From NCBI RefSeq assembly GCF_006345805.1, contig NC_043010.1, positions 27,590,001-27,654,000 of the forward strand: DNA of 64,000 bases. Reading direction: 5' to 3'. The number at the start of each line of letters is the position of its first letter. The first letter of the stretch is position 1. Below the pieces are notes generated by a model, which was not told the origin of the DNA, made no database searches, and saw nothing but the letters and a program-made list of their open reading frames with translations. The translations under genes were made by a program, and so were the position numbers. This document shows, piece by piece, positions 25,219 through 38,205 of this stretch. This stretch comes from Octopus sinensis. Taxonomy: Eukaryota.

Positions 25219-25542
25219 TACAAGACTTTCTCTAGAAAAATAAATAACAAAAACATAACTACAATGGTTTGAACTCATAATATTATGGGAAGAAGCAAAT
25301 AGTGTCGGTTAACAAACGGCTAGCTACGCTCCAAGTTCTGCCTTCATCGGTCGGAAATATGAGGAGGCGACACTTATTTGAATAACCTTTATGATGGAAT
25401 TTCCCGAACTCACATCCCGTGGAGGAGTTCACATACACAGCCACATTGGAACCAATGAAAGACATCTAATCTTACAAGACACAAACCTGAACAGAATGTA
25501 TTAACAGTAATAGTGACATCAATATCATGCGTGTGTGATTAG

Positions 25543-25756
25543 GGCGGCGAGCTTGGCAGAATCATTAGCACGCTGGGGAAAATGCTTAGCGGTGTTTCGT
25601 CCACCTTTACGTTCTGAGTTCAAATTCCGCCAAGGGTGACTTTGACTTTTATCCTTTCAGAATCGATAAAATAAGAACCAGTTGAACACCGGGATCAATG
25701 TAATCGACTTACCCCTCCCCTCAAAATTACTGCCTTTGTACCAAATTTTGAAACCA
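25543..25756 (+). mobile_element. SINE family A, followed by a family B 3' half (~25770-25995)
   Basis: Head and central domain match. Confidence 0.75.
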
Positions 25757-26833
25757 ATATTATGTGTCTAATTGTCTGTGTCTGCATCTATGTGTGTGTG
25801 TGAGTTTATGTTTGTCTCCAGTCTACTTGACAACCGGTGTTAGTTTGTTTACGTCCTCATATCCAGTGGTTCAGCAAAAGAGGCTAATAGAATAAGTTCT
25901 AAACTTAATAATACGTGCTGGAGTCGATTTCTTCGACTAAACTCTTCAAAGGTGGCGCCTCAGCACGGCCCTTGGCTGAAATAAGTCAAAAATAAGAGAA
26001 AAGTGTGTGTGTGTGTACATCATTACTTTTTACATGTGCTGCCTTTGTACAAGCACACAATGGTGTACATATATATATTCATTTAAAGAATCTCAAAAAT
26101 TCTTCGGAAATGTCTTTCAAACTTTCATTGTGTCGCTAATTGATTGGATTTGTAGAATATGCGTCAGTTTGTTTTGCTTTGAGGAAATTGTTGCATTTCT
26201 ATGTATGTATGTGTCTATGCAAATGTGTATGTATGTATGTATGTATGTATGTATGTTTGTACGTATGCATGTATGTATGTATGCATGTATGTATGTATGC
26301 ATGTATGTATGAATGCATGTATGTATGTTTGTATGTGTATATGCATGTATGTATGTTTATATGTATGTTTGTATGTTTGTATGTATGTATATTTGTATGT
26401 ATGTATGTATGTATGTATGTATGTATGTATGTATGTATGTATGTATGTATGTATGTATGTATGTATGTATGTGTGCGTATGTGCAGAAAAATTACATTCA
26501 TACACAGATCTTCACATCATTTGTAATTGTGATATCAATATGACCTGTCTGTGATGAAAAAATGACAATGTGGGTTGTCGGGTGTTTAAGATAAACCCAG
26601 CGGGAACTGGAAAGCCAACTCAGGTGAGCCAAAGTGAATGGGTCACTTGCTTCGCAAAGTGACCCATTCGGTGTCTAAAGATGACCTTTCCAAACACAGA
26701 ACTGATACCCTGTGTCTGCTATCTTAGGATCACAGTATTCTCAGAATAACAGAATCTAAAAAACAAACTGTTGTTTCACACATCCGATTCTTTAGATTTG
26801 TACGTTTCACTTTGTTAGATACTTAAACAGTAT

Positions 26834-27140
26834 AGGCGCGGATATGGTAGTGTGGTTAAGAAGCTTGTTTTGCAACCGCGTGGTATCTGGTTCAGTCCCA
26901 TTGCTTGACACCTTGGACAATTTTCTCTCTACTATAGCCCCGGGCTGACCAATGTCTAAGGAGTGTATCTGGTTGACGAAAACTGTGTGGAAGCCCGTTG
27001 TGTATGTTTGTATGCGTGTCTGTGCGTGCATGTATGTGTATGTGCGTGTGTGTGTGTGTGTGTGTGGTTTGGTTGATAACACGTGCTGCCAAGCGGTTCT
27101 GCAAAGGAGACTAATAAAATATGTGTCGGGCGTTAAATAA
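26834..27140 (+). mobile_element. SINE family B, 3'-degraded
   Basis: AGGCGCGGATATGGTAGTGTGGTTAAG head, CACCTTGGACAA core. Confidence 0.7.
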
Positions 27141-28837
27141 ATGTCTACGGGTCAATTTTTTCAGCGTTAACAATGAATGTGATAAGATCCTTTTGCCTGT
27201 TATTACAGTAATTAATATTAATATTATCTTGATGGTATTTGATACGACTTCCACTGTTCTCTGGTATTTTCACACTAATTTCCTCAGGAGTATAACGGAT
27301 CTTTTCAATAGATTTGTTTCTGGCTAAAATTGTATTCTAATATTCTACACCTGAGAGTGCAAAAAGCCTAGGTATTCTAGATGAAATACTCCTAATTGCG
27401 GATTTAAGTACTGCTCTGGAATAGTTGGAATTTTTATTAGTGTATTGTAAAGTTTTATTAGATTTATACTTTTAATTATTCAGATAGCGAATACCAATCA
27501 AGGCCTGTTGCAAATAACATCTTTCTATCTGATATAAATGGTGACAACAATACTGTGTGTCTTCTCATAGTACTAACAATAACACGAATAACATTAATTA
27601 GATCTCTTTTGAGACGTAATTATTAATTAGGTTTCTTCAGCATCCAAATTCAAACATAGATTTCAGTACCGTATACAATGCTTTAAGTATAAAAGAAAGG
27701 AATACAGCCCCTCACTGGCTAGATTCAACTGGGACTTCATGAAGAAAAATATCAATTACTCAAATTATGGTTAATTATATGTAGAGTACTTCTATACAAA
27801 TGGAGTAGGGCAGCTGTAATTTGTGCTAATTTGAAGTATTGAAAATTCTCATATGTCGGTTTAATTTGATTAGTAAGCATAATGGTTTCTTGAACCGTTT
27901 AATAAATAAATATTTAATAAAACCTTAACAATTTCCACATAAAAATTCCACTCAACTGACTTACTAGATTAAGATTGTATTAATGGTAGTGTTTTTCTCC
28001 TTTTAATTCTCTCAATCTCCGCACAAAATATTTTTTATGTAAGCAACGACTCGTTCATTTCTTAAACTAATGTATCTAATTTTAATGTTAGATTAGTTTT
28101 AATTTAATTAGAGATGACCCAATATTCTAAATTGGAATACTTGATAGCACGCAGATTTTTTTCTGTACCTTTGTTCTAACACCACGTTTTTCTTTTAGTT
28201 CCTGTCAAGTCTCAGCCCAATATTAATAATTTTCTTTTTAACACAATTCCTCTCTTTACTGACACCTCTGAGACTAGTAGTAAACCACCACCTCTTTAAC
28301 ATTTCATGTTTATCTCTTAAATTCCTTTCTCCTCATCACTATAACAAGTAAACAATAAATCTGCCAGCATCTTGACCTATCAGAGCCAGTAATACTGGCT
28401 CTTTTTACTATATCACACGAAAGAAATTGATATATCTCTTAACTTCATTATCTCCATGAAATATCACCATGATGAAGTCATAACTTGCAGTTTAATTTAT
28501 TATTCTCATATTCTGTGCCTTATCATCTTTCACTTTATGTATTGGAAATAACTCGAAATATGCTTCAGTGTAATTACATTAATCGGTTCGGAGAGACGGT
28601 TAATGGTGCCGTATGCATGTTTTATATATATTTATATGAATAAACCAACATGTATACTGTTGAAATAGTATGAGCCTATTTCAAAAATTTATACGTCGGT
28701 TTATACATTTCAATACGTATATGGGAACTATATATGTACGTACGTACGTATGCATGTATGCATGTATATATGTATATCTGCGTGTATGTATGTTTATAAA
28801 GGCGCATGGCTTGCATATATATATATATATGAGTGAA

Positions 28838-29132
28838 GGCACATGACTTAGTGGTTAGGGTGTTGCACTTACGATTGCGAGATCGTGGGTTCGATTCCCA
28901 GACCGTGCGTTGCGTTGTGCTCTTGAGCAAAGCATTTACGTTCATTTTACGTTGCTCTGCGATCATTCCGACATCTGACCTGTGGCACCCAGTTGCATCT
29001 GTACAGGTAATGTCGGTTGATGGAGGGAGTGAGCTTATGTCTACAGAAACATTTGGTCTCTATAAACAAACCATCTGTGTGGTTATTCGGTAATTGTCGA
29101 ACCCTCATACGTCGTCTAATGACTGGAGAGTC
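28838..29132 (+). mobile_element. tRNA-derived SINE, third family
   Basis: A box TGACTTAGTGG, B box GGTTCGATTCC (28888-28898), then GTGCTCTTGAGCAAAGCA core-like block; no tRNA 3' end. Confidence 0.7.
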
Positions 29133-29143
29133 CATTATATATA

Positions 29144-29169
29144 TCTGTATATATATAAGGCAGGATGTG

Positions 29170-29200
<31 letters not shown>

Positions 29201-29412
29201 TGTGTGTGTGGTACGTGATTGTAATTTATGCACGTCCAAAAATTAGCACGCGTGTCGCTCCAATTTTAGGACATTCGTCAACACCCTATCTGGGTTTTGT
29301 CAACTTATTTTTTCCCGAGGCACCCGCGGATACAGATAAAAATCTATAACTTTTACCTATTTTGAAGGTTGCTAACATGAGTTAAGTCCCTTCTAGCCAT
29401 AGCCAAGCGAAA

Positions 29413-29455
<43 letters not shown>

Positions 29456-30149
29456 TGTGTTGATGTATGTTTGTGTATGTGTGTGAGGGAGAGAGAGTGT
29501 TTCGCAACGTCTAACAAAAATAGTCAAGAAAAAGTATGTGTAAGGAAGAGAAGCAGAGGGTTTGACAACGATCTAAAAAAAAAAGGTAAAGACAAAGTGA
29601 GAGAGAGGGTGGGAGGGAGAGTAAGTCACAGCATTCATAAAAAATAAAATGTAAAATGTTTTGTTTTTTCTTAAACACGAGATATAGCGTTCAAATTTAG
29701 GATGTCTTTGAAAGACACTATATTTTATAATCAGAGTATATATACTTTATCACACAACAATTATAATATATTTATTTTAAGTCATTTATTTATTTTACAT
29801 CGTTCATCTTTCTCTCCCCCCCCCATTCTCTCTCACACATATAGTACTTTGGGTGCGAAAGAGTTTTGTTTTTATTTTACGCCGAGTAAAACAGTTGTTT
29901 TGTTGAGAATCCATTTATTTAACATATCAGCACTTCCTTTCAAATATCTCATGAACATTGCAAACACCTGACAGCAGAGCCTTCAAGCATATACCAGAAG
30001 TTATCTTCATTTCCTTAAATAACCCTACCAATTTCAACGGATTTCGCCCAAATTTGACGTCGATATTACTTAGTTTGGTTTGAAATAAAGAACTTGATTA
30101 GCTTAATAATCGTAACTTAAGCCCGGGCAAAGCCGGGTTACACTGCTAG
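29144..30149 (+). mobile_element. Non-autonomous Helitron
   Basis: A|TCTGTATATATATAAGG 5' end; 3' hairpin CCCGG-GCAAAG-CCGGG (30122-30137), then CTAG|T; no TSD. Confidence 0.72.
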
Positions 30150-30163
30150 TATATATATATATA

Positions 30164-30418
30164 TAGGGTGTTCAAAAAATCTCTCCACAGTTAATTTTTT
30201 CATCCTGACTCTCAAAGAGTTAGACTCTCGAAGTTGTATTTCAAAATATCTGTAGAAGAGTCAACTTGTGTATTGAAAATGAAGGACGACACTTTCAGCA
30301 CCTTTTATAAAGTTTATTAAAGTCGTGTAAAGTCTAATATATTCTTTTGTAGTCTTATACCATAAATATTTATTTTGCAATAAAATACTTACTGTGGAGA
30401 GACTTTTTGAACACCCTG
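30164..30418. mobile_element. Tc1/mariner-type MITE, ~27-bp TIRs
   Basis: (T)AGGGTGTTCAAAAAATCTCTCCACAGT vs ACTGTGGAGAGACTTTTTGAACACCCTG. Confidence 0.8.
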
Positions 30419-30477
30419 TGTGTATGTATGTATGTATGTATGTATGTATGTATGTATGTATGTATGTATGTATGTAT

Positions 30478-30532
<55 letters not shown>

Positions 30533-30552
30533 ATATATATATATATATATAC

Positions 30553-30888
30553 AATTGCAGCGTGGAAGGTGTTTATAAGCCATTTCGAAACACACAAAAC
30601 CGTTAGATTCACTTCAACATTTAAATTTAATTTGTCAAAACATTTTCGTCGCTTTGAGACCGCGACCTGTTCAAAGCTTCGTGCTGCATCTCGAAGCTTT
30701 GTCAGCACGAAGCTTTGTCAGTGAACAGGTCGCGTCTCAAAGCGACGAAAATATTTTGACAAATTAATTAAAATGTTGAATGAATCTAACGGTTTTGTGT
30801 AAATGGCTTATAAACACCTTCCACGCTGCAATTGTTTTCGTTCCAGCACACGATCTCAGATCAAGTCACTCGCTATGCAAGTACATCT

Positions 30889-30889
<1 letters not shown>
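30553..30889 (+). mobile_element. Short hammerhead-headed element (30705-30889) with an inverted partial copy (30553-30673), between (TA)n tracts
   Basis: ~120-bp inverted arms; second copy at 42926-43121. Confidence 0.8.
30714..30763 (+). ncRNA. Type I hammerhead, G3-C8 swapped core (family 4)
   Basis: TTTGTCA-GTGAACA-G-GTCGC...GCGAC-GAAA-ATAT-TT-TGACAAA: 7-bp stem I, 5-bp stem II, palindromic AATATT stem III. Confidence 0.8.
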
Positions 30890-30932
<43 letters not shown>

Positions 30933-30935
<3 letters not shown>

Positions 30936-32159
30936 GGGTTGGGCAAAATAATGGAAACCCCTAGCATCATAGCATCATAATTTTGAAATATCTATAAAAC
31001 CGTCAAAAGCTGTTTATTTTTATTTTTGTTTTTTTTTTATTATTAGTGTTGCTCAATATGTTTTGCTAAAATTGCCGTTTCTTTTCAAATATCATCAGAA
31101 AAAGGTAATTAAAATTCATTGAAATCGTACTTTCAAAGAAGTCAAATTGTTGGTGCCCGTATGGCAAGCGCTAGCGTAATGAAAACAACCGAAATGTTTG
31201 GTGTATCAACAGGTATTGTCTCGAAAGTAATGTCAACCTTTGAGAAAGAGGGAAAAAACCTCCTTGTCGAAACAAAACTCCGGAAGAAAACCAAAACTTC
31301 CAGATAGGGACCATCGAACTCTTACGCGAATTGTTAGAGAAGTACAGCTCTCAAAATTACTGCACAAAAAATTAATGACCACCTCGAGAACCCAGTTTCC
31401 ACAAAAATTGTTCGCCGGGAGCTGCACAAAACCGGATTTCACGGGAGGGCTGCAATCAGAAAACCACAACTTTCAAAAACAAACGTTGCAAGGTGTAAAA
31501 ACCTACAGAATTTGTCCCTAGAGCAGTGGAAGAATGTTATTTTCTCGGATGAGTCATCCTTTACCTTATTCCCGACCACCGGCCGAGTATACGTGTGGAG
31601 ACAGCCAAAAGAAGCGTCTAACCCAGAATGCCTTCTTCCAACTGTTAAACACGGAGGAGGATCTGTGATGATTTGGGGGGGCTATATCTTGGAAATCCGC
31701 CGGCCCGATGGTTTCTCTTCATGGCAGAATTAATAGTCAAGACTATTTAAGCATTTTATCTGATCAAATTCATCCTATGGTTGCAGAACTGTTTCCGGGG
31801 GGAAATGCAGTCTTTTAGGATGATAATGCACCAATTCAGACAGCTAAAGTTGTTATTGAATGGCACGAGGAACATCCTACTGACGTTGAACCTCAGTTCC
31901 CAGATCTCAATATTATTGAATATTTATGGGGCATTTTAGAAAAACAAGTAAGGAGTCGATACTCTCCACCATCATCACTACAAGAACTGTAGACTGTTTT
32001 AGCTGAAGAATGGACAAAAAATCCTTTGAAAACAATTCAAACTTTGTACGAGTTCATACCTCGTAGAATCCAAACTGTAATTACTGCCAAAGGGGTCCTA
32101 CCCCAAATCAAAATTAGTTTGTTTGAATTTTAAGGTGTTTCCATTATTTTGTCCAACCC

Positions 32160-32162
<3 letters not shown>
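30933..32162 (+). mobile_element. Tc1 DNA transposon, full length (1230 bp), transposase disrupted
   Basis: TIR CAGGGGTTGGRCAAAATAATGGAAAC; TA flanks; WKNVIFSDES, VKHGGGSVMIWG, DDNAP, PDLNIIEYLW (DD34E-type). Confidence 0.92.
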
Positions 32163-32202
<40 letters not shown>

Positions 32203-32445
32203 CAGGTTTATAGATATACAAAGAATAATTTGGACAATAATAAATCTTAGAGCGAGTTATAAACAGTAGCTGCAACACATCGTGACGTATATTTGCCATT
32301 TAAATATGGCTAACCCCTAAGGGTGGATGCTACTGTATTTTGTAGCCCTAGGAGGACACCTCCTCCAGCTGGCTTTAGACACACTTTCTGTGCCCTATCA
32401 GTATTTGCAAAGGGAAGCCATCCTTCCCGTCTTCAACTTATGATA

Positions 32446-32491
32446 CACACGGACTCGAGTTTCTGAGTAATTGACTCGTCATCGGCGTATG
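32446..32491 (-). ncRNA. Hammerhead family 5, inverted copy
   Basis: CATACG-CCGATGA-cGAGT caatt ACTCa-GAAA-CTCGAG-TC-CGTGTG on the minus strand. Confidence 0.7.
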
Positions 32492-32830
32492 ACAATCACA
32501 GTTGTCGATGAAAAGTCCGTGTGTATCATAAGTTGAAGACGGGAAGGATGGTTTCCCTTTGAGAATACTGATAGGTACAGAAAGTGTGTCTAAAGCCAGC
32601 TGGAGGAGGTGTCCTCCTGTGGCTATAAACTACAGTAGCATCCACCCTTAGGAGTTAGCCATACTTAAATGGCAAATATACGTCACGATGTGTTGCAGCT
32701 ACTGTTTATAACTCGCTCTAAGATTTATTATTGCTTGATTACACCTTTTCGATATCAGTGTCTTTACGATACTGGAAAAGGGATAAGTATTTGCTAAGGG
32801 AACCTACTTTTCATCGACAACTGTGATTGT

Positions 32831-32875
32831 CACACGCCGATGACGGGTCAATACTCAGAAACTCGAGTCCGTGTG
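32831..32875 (+). ncRNA. Type I hammerhead with U4C core (family 5)
   Basis: CACACG-CCGATGA-cGGGT caat ACTCa-GAAA-CTCGAG-TC-CGTGTG; palindromic ACTCGAGT stem III. Confidence 0.72.
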
Positions 32876-33354
32876 TATCATAAGTTGAAGACGGGAAGGA
32901 TGGCTTCCCTTTGCAAATACTGATATGGCACAGAAAGTGTGTCTAAAGCCAGCTGGAGGAGGTGTCCTCCTGGGGCTACAAACTACTTAGGGGTTAGCCA
33001 TATTTAAATGGCAAATATACGTCACGAATTTGGACAATGTTATCACGATATGCAAAATAACTGGATGGTCATGATTGGGATGCATTTCATCATTGGTTTA
33101 TTTTATCAAGCACCAAAAGACAGCAGGAAAACGCGTAAATGAAACATTCTTCATATCAACATAGTGACTATATTTCAGACAAACCTCTAAAGAACGCCAA
33201 TATTGAGAGCAGGTAGAATTCTACTTTGATAACATTCCATCTTGTTGTTCGTTTAAATGTGATGTTTACTTTCTAAAGTGATTAAAATACCATTTCACCA
33301 GAAGAGACAGAGGTGTGCTAATATGCTAAAATAGATATGTTACATCTCTCTTTT

Positions 33355-33393
<39 letters not shown>

Positions 33394-34014
33394 ATTCTCT
33401 CTTTCACACACACACGCCTACACATATGTATGTATATCAATATGTAGCTATCTGTGTGTGTGCAGAGACATATATATATATATAAACACCACACACATAT
33501 ATATACACACACATATGCATACATAATATATATATACATACATAGTATATGTATATATAATACATGTTTGTTATATATATATATATAATATATGTTGTAT
33601 ATGTATATATATATAGGTATATATATATGTGTTGTGTGTATGTGTAACTACATATATATATATATATATAGTCACATGTATTATATATAATGTAATGTAT
33701 ATATATATATCTATGTATCATATCTATCTATTATATGTATATCTATATTAATATATCTATATATATATATATATTATATATTCTATAATATATCTATATG
33801 TATATACGTAATGTTGAACGATGAAAAAAATGAATGCTCAACACCGCAATGGTGGATATAATTTCTTTATTTGTGGATTAAGGCAACCATTGGTTTCATG
33901 TGAAGAAAGGTAGGAAAATATCCTAGTGTCTTAACAATTTTTCAAGACGATCACAATTTTGCAAGACGATCACAGAAAGGTTTTCGCCTCCATTTTGAAA
34001 CACACACACACAAA

Positions 34015-34048
<34 letters not shown>

Positions 34049-34059
34049 CATACATACAC

Positions 34060-34123
<64 letters not shown>

Positions 34124-34555
34124 AGATGGACACAAAGGAAAAGAAACGCTCAATACTTATAAAAATAATATATTTTTGCTAAAACTGGAATTTAGAGTCT
34201 GCCTTGCAATCGAGTTCCATGCGCCTGCGAGAAATAAAGATCGTGAACTAAGTAATGTGAAATCGAGTTTCATTAAATGATCAGACGCATATATACTAAA
34301 TATAAGTATACATACATATATATATGTATATATATATATATATACTATATATGTTATATATATTATATATATATATTATATTATATATTATATATATAAA
34401 CAAAGTAAATGCGATACAATAAATTAATTATAATCGATATATATATTATAATAATACATACATAGATACATACATATATATATATATATCAATATCTATA
34501 TACACATACATATATACATACATATACACACACACACACACACACATAAGACAAA

Positions 34556-34765
34556 GGCGGTGAAGTGGTACAATCGTTAGCACGCCGAACAAAACGCATA
34601 CCGGTAATTTTTCCAGTTTTACGTTCTTATTTCAAATTCCACCGAGGTGGAGTTTGCCTTTCATCCTTTTGAATTAAATAAATACCAGTTTCGCGCTGAG
34701 GTTGATGTAATCGACTAGTTCCCACTTCCAAAATTTCAAGCCCTGTGCCTATAGCAGAAAGAATA
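34556..34765 (+). mobile_element. SINE family A, diverged
   Basis: Head and central domain match. Confidence 0.7.
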
Positions 34766-34804
34766 AAAACACACTCACACACACACACACCACCTCACAA
34801 ACAG

Positions 34805-34835
<31 letters not shown>

Positions 34836-34878
34836 CATACATACTACATACATAAACACATACATACATGCATACATA

Positions 34879-35705
34879 GGATCTTTTCGGTTTGAACGGC
34901 AGTTTTTAACATCATTTTTAGATAACTAAAAAATTTTAAACTTCATATACTGGTAGAATGCGTTTATAAAACATCTTTTTCTCTTGGCTTTATTGAGAAA
35001 ATTCTATAGTTTGTAAGATATTTGGTCTTTAATTTCTTGCATTTCGGCAATTTCAACCAATCAATGACCGTCTATTGAGGTGAAAACATTCTGTGTCGTA
35101 TGAATATGTTCCTCCTTTAAGAAGCAGATTGGGTTTATTTACGTTTGTGAAGAAAAGAAGATACCCTTCCCCCACCCCCACCCCTAACCCTAACTATCCT
35201 AACTCTAAATCTAAAATAGATTGAAATGCAATAGATCGATTCTAGGGTCATAATTATGGGTGACAATTTCATATGACACCCCTAGGAAAACTGCCGTTTG
35301 TTCTAGGGGTGTCATATGAAATTGTCACCCATAATTATGACCCTAGAATCGATATATTGCATTTCAATCTATTTTAGATTTAGGGTTAGGGTTTGGGTTA
35401 GGGTTAGGGGTGGGGGAAGAGTATCATTGTTTCTTCACAAATGTAAATAAACCCAACGGGTTTCTTAAACGAGGGACACATTCATACGGCACAGAATGCT
35501 TTTGAACTCAATAGACACCAGTGATTGGTTGAAATTGCAGAAATTGAGAAATTAAAGACCAAATATCTTACAAGCTATAGAATTTTCTCTATAAAGCCAA
35601 GCGAAAAAGGTGTTTTATAAACACATTCTACCAGTATACGAAGTTTAAAATTTTTTAGTTACCTAGAAATGATGTTAAAAACTGCCGTTCAAACCGAAAA
35701 GATCC
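34879..35705. mobile_element. Fold-back DNA element (inverted dimer of a ~420-bp MITE) with internal (CCCTAA)n
   Basis: Termini GGATCTTTTCGGTTTGAACGGCAGTTTT / AAAACTGCCGTTCAAACCGAAAAGATCC; ~405-bp arms; flanks CATACATA on both sides. Confidence 0.85.
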
Positions 35706-35904
35706 CATACATACATACATACATACATACACACATACATACATACATACATACATACATACATACATACATACATACATAATCACATATATACACATAT
35801 ACATACACACATACATGCATACATACATACACACATACATACACACATACATACACACATACATACACACATACATGCACACACACACATACATACATAC
35901 ATGC

Positions 35905-36466
35905 ATGGTGGTTGCCCCCTCGTTATCGAGTATGGCCTTTGCACGAAGCTTAATTAATGTTGTTATCGTGCAATGCCTGTGCAAGAAGATTTTTTTAAAG
36001 TGAGGAAAGGTTGTACACTGAGTCAATCCCACTCACTAAGCAACAGCAGCCATAATCCGAAAAGAAGAACAAGTCAACATCATCGGTAACCACTGAGCCG
36101 CAGGTTTTATGTCGGAGTTATCCCAGTTACCTGAGTTACCTTCTCCTAGAATGATGCCCTAACAAAGGCTAGGAGTCCTTCACTCCCAATGGTTTAACCG
36201 CACGATCGGGTATTCAGTCCGATTATTTCTATGTCCCCGCGCATGATACAGCCTTAAGACATTTATTGGATAGCCGTTGACTCTCAAGAGTTCCTCCGCC
36301 CCTTGACAAGTTTTGTTTTTCATCCTGCAGGGTGTCCAATAAACACCCTCCTCACCAAGCAAGCTTGTAGGGGTTGCCGGTTTAGTTGCCGACGACCCAA
36401 CCATGCAACAGGTTGTACTGGGTTACACGTTACCAGTAGCACTCGAAAGTGACCTGACGTACTTGC
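35905..36466 (-). mobile_element. Probable orphan 5' UTR of an RTE-type element
   Basis: CATTCTAGGAGAAGGTAACTC...AAAACC motif recalled from RTE 5' UTRs; GC-richer block embedded in (ATAC)n. Confidence 0.4.
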
Positions 36467-36731
36467 ATACATACATACATACACACATATATACACATAT
36501 ACATACATGCATACATACATACATACATACACACATACACACACACATACACACACATACATGCATACATACATACATACACATACATACACACACATAC
36601 ATACACACACATACATACATACATACATACACACATACATACTCACACACATACACACACATACATACATACATGCATGCATACATACATACATACATAC
36701 ACACATACATATACATACATACATACATACA

Positions 36732-36762
<31 letters not shown>

Positions 36763-37339
36763 GAGTTATTTCTGAGAGGTTATCAATCACAGCACAATAC
36801 TTCGAAAGCTCTCTCTTACTACAAATCCACCAGGCTAACAAAATATTGTCACTGCAGGAAATCTTATGCCCAAGACGCAAGCCGAATTCCATCAGCAGTC
36901 GATTTTGTAAATCCATAGTTGCATTCCTCAATTAAACTGGTCTTTTTCACAGAGTCATATACAAAAAAAAGACATAATGCATCGGTCGAGTAAAGGGAGT
37001 ATGAACTCACCAATATTGTATAACAGAAACATCTGTAAGGCGAAGATGCACAAATAAAAAAATAGCTAAAGCCCATTATTTATACCTCTTCTATGTATGT
37101 ATTTATGTATATCTGCGTTAAAAAGACATTCCTCGTGTTATTAATACCCGGTTTATTTATACAAATTACTATTTCAATTTACACGATTCACATTCGTGGA
37201 AATGTAAATATGATCGAAAACAAGTTCAGTTTTGGATAAATAATTCCAGAGTCTAAAGAAATAAGAATGACGGCAACGTTTGTTGTTCAAAGGTTTCTGT
37301 GAGGCCGAACATTTTAATGAATCTGCTGGCTTGTTTTAC

Positions 37340-37439
37340 NNNNNNNNNNNNNNNNNNNNNNNNNNNNNNNNNNNNNNNNNNNNNNNNNNNNNNNNNNNNN
37401 NNNNNNNNNNNNNNNNNNNNNNNNNNNNNNNNNNNNNNN
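37340..37439. other. Assembly gap (100 N)
   Basis: Run of N. Confidence 1.
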
Positions 37440-37776
37440 ATGTGTGTGTGTGTGTCTACTTGTGTGTATGTGTGTGTCCATACGCGTTTGTGTATAAGCA
37501 TATACTATATAAGTAAATGTGCTGATAGATAGATAGGCATATGTGTATGTGTATATATGTATACCCATATATACATGTGTATATATACACACATATATGT
37601 ATGTATATAAATTTGTGTGTGTTCATAGTTGTTTGTAACTTGCAAGCACTAGCACCGTACATCTAGCGCCCTCTTTCGAACAAGCTTGTTTACACAACCG
37701 CTCGTTATCGTTAATTATTCACTGTGTAGTTGCTTCAGGTTGCTGCGTTCGTTTCGTGTCTGAACACTTCGAGAAA

Positions 37777-37839
<63 letters not shown>

Positions 37840-37938
37840 CGTCTATGTGCCTGTGTGCGCGCTCACGTATATTCATAAAAAACATAAATATGAGCGTGTG
37901 TATATAAATCGCGCACACACATATATAGGTAATAAGTA

Positions 37939-37982
<44 letters not shown>

Positions 37983-38077
37983 TATGCATTGATATTTTAA
38001 TATATACTTGTATGTATGTGTATCATATTAAAACGCATTGGTGTCTGTGTGTATAAAGTATATATATATGTATAGTG

Positions 38078-38170
<93 letters not shown>

Positions 38171-38171
38171 G

Positions 38172-38205
<34 letters not shown>

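Larger units (their letters stand above)
32239..33026 (+). mobile_element. ORF-less retrozyme/PLE-pLTR-like insertion: inverted partial unit + ~1.45 tandem units, 12-bp TSD
   Basis: TSD AATTTGGACAAT at 32227-32238 and 33027-33038; 352-nt period (32518 vs 32870); hammerheads at 32446-32491(-) and 32831-32875(+). Confidence 0.85.

Noticed and set aside
27140-28650. Possible very old PLE RT remnant on minus (LNN*KYKSNKTLQYTNKNSNY..SISSRI); similar hints at 46130-46770 and 51380-51900
   Set aside because: Only short motif resemblances among many stops; needs a translated HMM search, not supportable by eye.
28838-28910. tRNA-like sequences here and at 52750-52823
   Set aside because: A/B boxes present but no complete cloverleaf or acceptor stem; they continue into SINE bodies.
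35180-35410. (CCCTAA)n/(TTAGGG)n as interstitial telomere or fusion site, also 44565-44592
   Set aside because: Only 2-4 units, and they are internal parts of the GGATC fold-back elements.
37663-37674. CTCF-like CTAGCGCCCTCT
   Set aside because: Only the 3' half of the motif matches; a single short hit is expected by chance.
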